From Bdellovibrionales bacterium (lineage in GTDB: Bacteria; Bdellovibrionota; Bdellovibrionia; Bdellovibrionales; UBA1609), in the NCBI GenBank assembly GCA_965243065.1, contig CBDETO010000005.1, forward strand, positions 1,742,634-1,806,633: a stretch of 64,000 bases of DNA. Reading direction: 5' to 3'. The notes below the pieces were generated by a model. That model did no database searches, was not told the DNA's origin, and worked only from the letters and a program-made list of their open reading frames with translations. Made by a program: the position numbers and the translations under genes. Shown in pieces: positions 56,703 through 64,000 of this stretch (position 1 is its first letter; every line of letters starts with the position of its first letter).

Positions 56703-56760
56703 GTTTATCCCTCCTGTTTTTTTCCTTATAAGCGAAGAAAAGACCAGAAGCAATATTTTT

Positions 56761-56903
56761 TATACCCAAAAGGTAATTTTTCCGTAACTCTTCAGTTCTT
56801 TCCGCTTGTGGCAAACCGCATGTCCGAGACTTTTGACTCTATTCTCTTAGGAAGAGAACTTTCTGCTGTCAGAATCTTTTAACCTCTATTCTCTTAGGAA
56901 AAG
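56761..56903. repeat. Composite repeat remnant (family E plus right half of family B)
   Basis: ttccgtaactcttcagttctttcc, tgtggcaaaccgcatgtc, and ctctattctcttaggaa twice. Confidence 0.65.
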
Positions 56904-56921
56904 CACTACATCCACCGGGTA

Positions 56922-58004
56922 TTATTTTTCAAAACTGAGGATTTTTTTAATTAAGCTGGAAGGGTTTTTTTTTGCTAGGTTTTTAATGGAAACCCATGAA
57001 ACATCTGGCAAAGAGGAAGAAGGTGTTTTTTTAGATACGAGAACATAAATAGCATGATGAGTGATGAAATGTATAAAGTCATATTTCTTGGGTGGGGTTT
57101 TTTTTCTCATGGCTTTTCCAGGGAAGAAAGGGTAGTTTTTTAGTACGGGCAAAGAATGATGATAAGTTAGAGCTATTTTATTTTCTTTTATACTCGTTCG
57201 GTTTGGATTTTTTAGGTGTTTCTTTGTTTCTTCCACGGGGAGGCGGAGTTCGGAGTTGGCCCATTCCTGACCGGTTCGGTCTATCAACAAAACCGGCTGC
57301 CAGAACCATATTTCTTTTGCCTTTTTTTCTTTTTTAAGAGGGATCAAATGAATTTGATTATATTTCAGAGCTTGGCAGCTTTTTTTAAGAGGGCAGGTTG
57401 TGCACAGAGGTTTCCCGACTGTGCAAACAAGAGAACCTAATTCCATTAAGGCTTGATTTAAAATGGCCGGAGGGTGTTTTATCATCCATTGATCCACTTC
57501 TTTTTGTAAAAAGTCTCTTTCTTTTTTATTCCACCAGGGTTTTTTAAAGTTAAGATAGCGGGCCAGTACCCGAATGACATTGGCATCTAACACTCCTGTT
57601 TTTTCATTAAAAGCTAAAGCACTGACCGCCCGGGCGGTATAGGGACCAAAACCGGGGAGTTTTAATAATTCCTGATAAGTGCGTGGAAAGTATTTTTGTT
57701 TATTAATGATCTGTGCCGACTTATGAAGATTTTTTACTCGGGAGTAGTAACCCAGGCCAGACCAATAGGGGATAACTTCTTCCAGGGGAGTCTTAGCTAA
57801 AAATTCTAAAGTTTTAAATTTTTTAATGAATTTTTTGTAATAGGGGATCACTGTGTTCACAGTGGTTTGTTGCAGCATTACTTCCGATACCCATATAAGA
57901 TAAGGGTTTTTCTTTTTTGTTCTCCAGGGAAGAGGTCTTTTGTTTTTCTTATACCATTGGATAAGCTCGCTTTGACTAGTGTGATGTGGATTTTCTGACA
58001 TCAT
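56922..58004 (-). CDS. mutY: A/G-specific adenine glycosylase MutY
   Basis: RPLPWR, VSEVMLQQT, WSGLGYYSR, LPGFGPYTA, DANVIRV and NQALMELG motifs, plus 4Fe-4S cysteines. Confidence 0.95.
   Translation of the reverse strand: MMSENPHHTSQSELIQWYKKNKRPLPWRTKKKNPYLIWVSEVMLQQTTVNTVIPYYKKFIKKFKTLEFLAKTPLEEVIPYWSGLGYYSRVKNLHKSAQIINKQKYFPRTYQELLKLPGFGPYTARAVSALAFNEKTGVLDANVIRVLARYLNFKKPWWNKKERDFLQKEVDQWMIKHPPAILNQALMELGSLVCTVGKPLCTTCPLKKSCQALKYNQIHLIPLKKEKKAKEIWFWQPVLLIDRTGQEWANSELRLPVEETKKHLKNPNRTSIKENKIALTYHHSLPVLKNYPFFPGKAMRKKTPPKKYDFIHFITHHAIYVLVSKKTPSSSLPDVSWVSIKNLAKKNPSSLIKKILSFEK
57189..57283 (-). mobile_element. 95-bp family C element, in frame in mutY
   Basis: TA-bounded; encodes DRTGQEWANSELRLPVEETKKHLKNPNRTSI. 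Confidence 0.75.
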
Positions 58005-58035
58005 TTTTATTTTCTCAAAATCAGTATAAAATAAG

Positions 58036-58128
58036 GATACTGAACTTGTTGGTTTTTTAGTTTCTATAAACTTCTTTCCCAGGGAGAACGAAGTGCGAAG
58101 CTCGCAAATTCCTGTTCGGTTCGGTAAA
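58036..58128 (-). mobile_element. Family C element, intergenic (93 bp)
   Basis: Reverse strand reads tttaccgaaccgaacaggaattt...caagttcagtatc and aligns end to end with the mutY copy. Confidence 0.65.
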
Positions 58129-58130
58129 AA

Positions 58131-61100
58131 TTAATTTTTTCTTACGATGGTTTTTAGTAACATATTTTCCAGTTCGGTAAAACGACTTTTATTTTTAACC
58201 ACTCCTTGAGCAAAGCGGGCTTGCCCTCCCCCTTTCCCATCCAGGAAAGGGGCGATAGTGTTTTTTAAAAGCTCTCCGGCAGAAATATATTTTTGTAGTT
58301 CTTTGGAGATAGTGATAACTAAAGGGTGTTGTTGTTCTCCCTTACCTAAAACCACCACCAGGGCGGGGGATATTTTGGATTTGAGTTGATCGGCTGTTTC
58401 CGCCAGGAGTTTTCTATCTTCTATGGGTAAAGCTATAATTAGTAAATGACCTTTTATATTTGGGTGTTCAAAAGAGTTTGCTTTTTTTATTAGCTCATCT
58501 AAGTTGAAAGAAGAGGTGAGGTTTTCTAATTGTTCTTTAAGAGATTTTATTTGTTGTTCTTTCTTTTTAAAGAAAGGAAGAAAGATGGTTTCTGATTCTG
58601 CATTTTCTGAGTGCTGGTTTTCTGATTCTTCTTGTAGTTTTGGAAGAGGTAATTTTAAGTATTCTCTTAACTCCTCATTTTGACGAGTTAAAAAATGAGG
58701 CTCCTTTGATGAAGTATATTCAAATTTTATATTCTGTATAGGAGTTACTTTCTTCTCTAAACTGGCTTTAATTAAAAACATTTTAATTTGCTTTTTTAAA
58801 TTTTTTATTTCTTCTTCTTTTAGCTGAAGATAGTGGATAAAAGGGTTTTCCCTTTCCGGTGTGTTTGGTAAAGGGATATTTAAGTATTTTCTAAGTTCTT
58901 TATTTTGTCTTTCTAAAATCGCGAGCCATTTTTCGGCTATCTCACTTGTGTAAGCGGTGATTCTTCGCACTCCTGATTGCACCCCTGTTTCGGAAATAAT
59001 TTTAAAAGGGCCTATATCGGAGGTGTTTTTTACATGGATCCCTCCGCAAAGCTCTAGGCTTTCTCCCATTCGGATGACCCGGACTTCGTTTTCGTAATTT
59101 TCGCCGGCTAAAGATAAAGCTCCTTTATTGATAGCTTCTTTATAAGGGTAGGTGGCGTCAGACACAGAGTAACCTGTTTGGATATACTCTATTACTTTGT
59201 TTTCAATTATTTGTAATTGCTCTTTGTTTAAGGGTTGGGGGTGGCTGAAATCAAATCTGAGTTTTCCTGGTTCCACCAAAGAGCCTTTTTGCCGGACAGA
59301 TTTGCCTAGGGTTTTTCTTAGAGCTTGATGTAGCAGATGAGTGGCAGAGTGACTGGTGGCGATCAGCCGCCGGTGATCTGGATCTACTTGCATTTCACAG
59401 GTTTGTCTTATTTTTATTTCTCCTTTTAAGGTGTTTATACCTGCTAAATGAACAATAGAATCTCCTACTTTTTGACAATCTACAATTTTGACTTCACCAG
59501 TTTCTGTTTTTATTATGCCTTTATCTCCTATAGGGCCACCCCCTTCCGGGTAAAAACAAGTTTTATCTGTTATTAAATACAACTGATTTTTTTTATTGCT
59601 AGATATTGGTTCTGATAATAAAGCACCAGTACTAGATTTATACTTTATTGTAATTCTTTGTGTCTCTTCGGGATCTCCTTCTCTTTTTATAGATTCAAGT
59701 AAATCTGGTGATGTGATGAATGTGCCTGGGTCTGATGCACTAGGTAGCTCGTGGGCAAATGGAAGCTGTATGATCATGCTTTTTTCTTTATCCTTACTAT
59801 AACCAATAAATTTTGTTTTATGAAAATTTGTGTTAAAACATTGCTTCATCCACTCTAATGTCTCCTTTTTATTTTGTGTATGAATAACTGAGATTTTTTC
59901 TTGCTTAAACTTTTCTAAATTAAAATTTTCATTAACTTTAAATCCTTTCTCTCTTGCGATAAGGCGGGTGAGATCAGGAGGAAAGCCATAGGTGCTGTAA
60001 AGGTTCCAGACAATAGAATCGGGAATTATTTTATCCGGTAGAGTTTTTATTTTTTGAAGTAAAATATTTTCCCCCATTTCTAAACTTTCCGCAAACAGTT
60101 CGGCTTCGTCTTTTATGGTGGAATTAATAAGGGTATTTTCTTCACTGAGTTCCGGGTAGATTTTTTCCAGAGAAGGAATCACTTGTTTAACAGCAATAGA
60201 TAAGAGGTTTTTATTTTTTGCTAATTTATGACTATAGAACAAGGCTCTTCTTAAAATCCGCCTCAGGACATAACTGGCTCCATCACTTCCTGGTAATACT
60301 CCATCACAAATAAGAAAAGCAATAGCACGGCTATGATCCGCTATAACTCGAAAAGCCACTTGCTCTTCTTTTGAATGGGTGTGGATATGGGTAAAGTCGT
60401 ATTTTACACCAGCGGCCTGTTCTAAAGATTCTATAATCCCTTTAAAAAAAGTGGTGTGATAATTGCTTTTTTCCCCTTGTAAAACCGCCGTCAGCCGCTC
60501 TAAGCCCATACCCGTATCCACACAAGGCTTAGGCAAGAGTGTTTTTTTTCCATCCTGCCTCTCATTAAACTCCATGAAAACCAGATTCCATATCTCCGTC
60601 ATATCTTCTGGACGGGGATCTTTTTTAGGTCCATCATAGTAGTAAATTTCCGAGCAGGGGCCGCAGGGTCCGGTGTCTCCCATGCGCCAAAAATTATCTT
60701 TTTCGTCCAGGAAAAATATTTTTTCTAGTTGGATTTTTTCTTGTTTTTGCCATATCTCCCTACTTTCCTTATCTTCTTTAAAGACACTCACCCACAGCCG
60801 GTCTTTAGGAAGCCCTAATTCTTTTGTTAAGAAATGAAGGGCGTAATTAATAGCTTGCTTTTTAAAGTAACTGCCAAAAGAAAAAGAACCTATCATTTCA
60901 AAAAAAGTGTGATGGTAAGGAGAATAACCCACTTCCTCCAGATCATTGTGTTTTCCTCCCGCTCGCAGACATTTTTGAATACTGCAAACTTGTGCTGCTG
61001 GAGGGGGCTTTAATCCTAAAAAGCAATCTTTAAATTGGTTCATTCCTGCATTAGTGAATAAAAGGCTAGAGTCTCCTTGAGGGATAAGGCTAGCACTAGG

Positions 61101-61166
61101 TACCCAGGTGTGATCTTGGTGTGTAAAATAATTTTGAAACTTTTTTCTAATATCACGACTGTTCAT
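58131..61166 (-). CDS. alaS: Alanine-tRNA ligase (enlarged, 1011 aa)
   Basis: FTNAGMNQFK, HHTFFEM, GPCGPCSEI, DTGMGLER, HSATHLLH, ELCGGIHV and GKGGG motifs. Confidence 0.97.
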   Translation of the reverse strand: MNSRDIRKKFQNYFTHQDHTWVPSASLIPQGDSSLLFTNAGMNQFKDCFLGLKPPPAAQVCSIQKCLRAGGKHNDLEEVGYSPYHHTFFEMIGSFSFGSYFKKQAINYALHFLTKELGLPKDRLWVSVFKEDKESREIWQKQEKIQLEKIFFLDEKDNFWRMGDTGPCGPCSEIYYYDGPKKDPRPEDMTEIWNLVFMEFNERQDGKKTLLPKPCVDTGMGLERLTAVLQGEKSNYHTTFFKGIIESLEQAAGVKYDFTHIHTHSKEEQVAFRVIADHSRAIAFLICDGVLPGSDGASYVLRRILRRALFYSHKLAKNKNLLSIAVKQVIPSLEKIYPELSEENTLINSTIKDEAELFAESLEMGENILLQKIKTLPDKIIPDSIVWNLYSTYGFPPDLTRLIAREKGFKVNENFNLEKFKQEKISVIHTQNKKETLEWMKQCFNTNFHKTKFIGYSKDKEKSMIIQLPFAHELPSASDPGTFITSPDLLESIKREGDPEETQRITIKYKSSTGALLSEPISSNKKNQLYLITDKTCFYPEGGGPIGDKGIIKTETGEVKIVDCQKVGDSIVHLAGINTLKGEIKIRQTCEMQVDPDHRRLIATSHSATHLLHQALRKTLGKSVRQKGSLVEPGKLRFDFSHPQPLNKEQLQIIENKVIEYIQTGYSVSDATYPYKEAINKGALSLAGENYENEVRVIRMGESLELCGGIHVKNTSDIGPFKIISETGVQSGVRRITAYTSEIAEKWLAILERQNKELRKYLNIPLPNTPERENPFIHYLQLKEEEIKNLKKQIKMFLIKASLEKKVTPIQNIKFEYTSSKEPHFLTRQNEELREYLKLPLPKLQEESENQHSENAESETIFLPFFKKKEQQIKSLKEQLENLTSSFNLDELIKKANSFEHPNIKGHLLIIALPIEDRKLLAETADQLKSKISPALVVVLGKGEQQHPLVITISKELQKYISAGELLKNTIAPFLDGKGGGQARFAQGVVKNKSRFTELENMLLKTIVRKN

Positions 61167-61206
61167 ATTTTTAAATTATATCAGACCTGACGGGTATAAA
61201 ATAGTT

Positions 61207-62397
61207 TTAAGAGACGTTAGTTTTTGTTTTTAAAGATAATTCTGGGCTGGATATTTCTTGAGTTTTAGTTGCTTTTTCCTGGGCGGACTTATTTGCTGAT
61301 TTATCAAATTGGTTTTCAAAGGAAATTCCAGATGAAATCAGTTCGATTTTTTCTGCTGATGTGGAAAACCGATAAGCGTCTTTTTTAGAAATTAATTTTT
61401 TCTTCATCATTTGGATTAAATGGTGGTCGAAAGTTTGCATACCCCAGTGATTGTGACTTTCCGTCATAATTTTCCTTATTTGCTCTGTAGAGTTATGCAG
61501 TTTTTCAATCTCTTTTTGTATCCGGTAGTTATTAATTAATATTTCCACGGCGGGGACATAACCGGTTCCATCTTTTTTAGGAACGAGCCTTTGTGCAAAA
61601 ACCGCTTTTAATACAGAAGATAAGACGAGTCTTACAGATTGTTGTTCCACACTGGAAAAAACACTTAAAATTCGACTGATAGTTTCTGCCGCCTCTTTAG
61701 TGTGAATAGTGGAAAATATTAAATGTCCTGTTTCTGCCGCCGTTAAGGCCGTGGAAATGGCATCTTTTGTTCTTAATTCGGAAAAAAGAATAATATCCGG
61801 GTCCTGCCTTAAAGCAGATTTTAAAGCGAGATGAGGATCATAACAATCTATCCCCAGCTCTCTTTGAGTGATAAGGCTGTGGTGATCTTGAATCAAAAAC
61901 TCAATCGGGTCTTCAATGGTCAAGATATGTTTATTCTTGGTTTTATTGATGTGATTAATGAGAGCCGCCAAAGTCGTGGATTTTCCAGACCCGGTGGCTC
62001 CCGTAACAAGAATTAAGCCTCTTTCTGTTTTGTTGACAATATTTAATATTTCCTTTGGAAGATTTAAATCGTTAAAATGAGGGATATTGTGGGGAATGTG
62101 ACGAACAGCTACCCTTATACTACCTCGTTGAAAAAAGATATTAAACCGGAATCGCCCTATTCCTTTTAATCCATAACCTAGATCCACAGATCCATGCTCT
62201 CTTAATTGCTCCTGGTAATTGTCAGTTAATACAGGTGAGACCAGATGATCTATTATATGGTGATTAATAATAGGAAAATCAGGGTGGAGGGTGCATAATT
62301 TGGTTTTTTTCCTCATAATAGGGGGAGCTCCTACTTTTAGATGCAGGTCGCTTCCTCCTTTGTTCACTAATTCTTTTAATAGTTTATCTATATCCAT
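61207..62397 (-). CDS. pilT: Type IV pilus retraction ATPase (PilT/PilU family)
   Basis: SDLHL, RFRFNIF, GATGSGKST, TIEDPIE, ALRQDPD, AETGH and GMQTFD motifs. Confidence 0.88.
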   Translation of the reverse strand: MDIDKLLKELVNKGGSDLHLKVGAPPIMRKKTKLCTLHPDFPIINHHIIDHLVSPVLTDNYQEQLREHGSVDLGYGLKGIGRFRFNIFFQRGSIRVAVRHIPHNIPHFNDLNLPKEILNIVNKTERGLILVTGATGSGKSTTLAALINHINKTKNKHILTIEDPIEFLIQDHHSLITQRELGIDCYDPHLALKSALRQDPDIILFSELRTKDAISTALTAAETGHLIFSTIHTKEAAETISRILSVFSSVEQQSVRLVLSSVLKAVFAQRLVPKKDGTGYVPAVEILINNYRIQKEIEKLHNSTEQIRKIMTESHNHWGMQTFDHHLIQMMKKKLISKKDAYRFSTSAEKIELISSGISFENQFDKSANKSAQEKATKTQEISSPELSLKTKTNVS

Positions 62398-62620
62398 TTG
62401 TCTCTTTAGCCTTTCTTGTTTAGGTCATCGGTATATCGGTTAAATTATTTAAGAGTTTTTAGCTTATTATTTTAATAATATAATTTAAAGAACCCCGGAA
62501 AAACCCTAATAAATAGCAAAAAAGAGGATGAAAAAGGCAGGTTTAGAGTTTTTGATAGTTTTCTATGGAATCCTTAATCCGTGGTCGTTATAGTAGGGCT
62601 TTGATTAAGGAGTTTTTGAA

Positions 62621-63139
62621 ATGCTTTATTTTGGGGAGTTAGAGAGAAAATCCTTACATATTCATACTCTTTTTACACAGAATAAACAGACTTTAGCCTT
62701 GGCAGAAAGCTGTACAGGAGGTCTTCTTTCTTATTTTTTAACGAAAGCAGAGGGGGCTAGTGTCTTTTTTTTAGGTTCTATAGTAGCTTACTCTTATTTG
62801 GCAAAAAGGAGGAGCCTGGATGTCCCTGCTGAAATGTTGGATGCAAAAGGGGCCGTTAATGAGTCTGTTTGCCGTTTAATGGCGCAAGGTGTAAAAAAGA
62901 AGTGGGGCAGTGATTGGGCTTTAGCTATCACAGGAGTGGCTGGTCCGGGGAGAATGGCAAAAGATCCGGAGGTGGGAGTGGTTTTTATTGGTGTTTTAGG
63001 GCCAGATTGCGATGAAGTGGCTTCTTTTTTGCTAGATAAAAAAAATCGTCAGGACATACAGCATCAATCTGCCATTTTTGCATTGGATTTTTTGCGATCT
63101 CGTATAAAAATAGGCGAGCAAATTAATAGAAGGGGGTAA
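62621..63139 (+). CDS. cinA: CinA C-terminal domain protein (NMN deamidase PncC-like)
   Basis: AESCTGG, GAS, GAV and ITGVAGP motifs; upstream of recA. Confidence 0.88.
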   Translation: MLYFGELERKSLHIHTLFTQNKQTLALAESCTGGLLSYFLTKAEGASVFFLGSIVAYSYLAKRRSLDVPAEMLDAKGAVNESVCRLMAQGVKKKWGSDWALAITGVAGPGRMAKDPEVGVVFIGVLGPDCDEVASFLLDKKNRQDIQHQSAIFALDFLRSRIKIGEQINRRG

Positions 63140-63142
63140 GTT

Positions 63143-64000
63143 ATGAACGACAAACAACAAAGTGAAAAACAAAAAGCTTTGGATTTAGCTATTACATCCA
63201 TTGAGAAACAATTTGGAAAAGGTTCCATTATGAAGCTGGGTGGGGGAAAGTCTATCTATGAAAATATACCCATCTATAGTACAGGGTCTTTAGGTTTGGA
63301 TATTGCTCTTGGTATCGGAGGTCTTCCTAGAGGAAGGGTGATAGAGATTTTTGGTCCGGAAAGCTCTGGCAAAACAACTTTAGCTCTTTCTACAGCTGCT
63401 CAAGCACAAAAGGCCGGGGGTACAGTGGCTTTTGTGGATGCGGAGCACGCTTTGGATATTAACTATGCGGCTAAGTTGGGAGTGAATGTACCGGAGATGC
63501 TTATCTCCCAGCCCGATGCAGGAGAACAGGCTTTGGAGATTACAGAAACTTTAGTGCGATCAGGAGCGGTTGATGTGCTTATTGTGGATTCCGTTGCCGC
63601 TTTGACTCCTAAGGCAGAAATTGAAGGAGACATGGGAGACTCTCACATGGGATTACAAGCGCGGCTTATGTCTCAAGCTCTTCGTAAATTAACCGCCGCC
63701 ATTAATCGTAGTGGGGCTTTAGTTATTTTTATTAATCAAATTAGAATGAAAATAGGTGTTATGTTTGGTAATCCTGAAACCACTACCGGAGGGAATGCTC
63801 TTAAGTTTTATTCTTCTGTTCGTTTGGATGTCAGGAGAGTGGCCGCTCTCAAGAAAGGGGATGCGATTGTAGGTAACAAGACAGTAGTGAAAGTGGTTAA
63901 AAATAAAATGTCTCCTCCCTTTGCCCGGGCCGAGTTTGATTTAATGTATGGAGAGGGTATTTCTTGTGAGGCTGAATTATTGGATTTAGCTTGTAAGAAA
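63143..64000 (+). CDS. recA: Recombinase RecA (3' end runs off the window)
   Basis: Manual translation: [45 protein letters not shown] and [13 protein letters not shown]. Not in the ORF track. Confidence 0.98.
   Translation, partial: MNDKQQSEKQKALDLAITSIEKQFGKGSIMKLGGGKSIYENIPIYSTGSLGLDIALGIGGLPRGRVIEIFGPESSGKTTLALSTAAQAQKAGGTVAFVDAEHALDINYAAKLGVNVPEMLISQPDAGEQALEITETLVRSGAVDVLIVDSVAALTPKAEIEGDMGDSHMGLQARLMSQALRKLTAAINRSGALVIFINQIRMKIGVMFGNPETTTGGNALKFYSSVRLDVRRVAALKKGDAIVGNKTVVKVVKNKMSPPFARAEFDLMYGEGISCEAELLDLACKK

Noticed and set aside
2676-62016. Numerous 60-130-aa antisense or out-of-frame ORFs inside large genes
   Set aside because: They are shadow ORFs overlapping well-supported genes, without motifs or RBS.

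Overview
Chromosomal window of an AT-rich Gram-negative bacterium, most likely Bdellovibrionota/Bdellovibrionales. This is an inference from recR followed directly by mglA with no mglB, the TadG-like and PilT proteins, and the lack of dxr between cdsA and rseP. Most genes are housekeeping: bamD, astC/A/D, mltG, dppBC, nagZ, tonB, priA, rpsB-tsf-pyrH-frr-uppS-cdsA-rseP-tsaB-rluD, recR-mglA, dnaX, mltD-like, csrA, menB/A/C/E, nth, thiBPQ, transketolase, an antitoxin-RelE pair, tatA, mutY, alaS, pilT, cinA and partial recA. There is also a two-gene accessory block: an LRR lipoprotein plus a 1158-aa multipass membrane protein. No rRNA, tRNA, CRISPR array or transposase was recognised. The most striking signal is several interspersed short-element families. 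(A) REP-like GTCATTCCCGC..GCGGGAATC hairpins. (B) ~115-bp MITE-like elements whose terminal inverted repeats co-vary copy by copy. (C) A TA-bounded 95-bp element with TA(G/T)ACCGAACCG..CAGTATA-type ends. (D, E) Two shorter families. Several copies sit in frame inside protein genes (mutY, rluD, an RDD protein, tsaB, menE, mltD-like, dnaX), much like Rickettsia palindromic elements. Other notable points are a chain of tandem mini-ORFs in front of menE, an MglA lacking both catalytic residues, and an internally duplicated AlaRS. All alignments were done by eye; no database searches were run.
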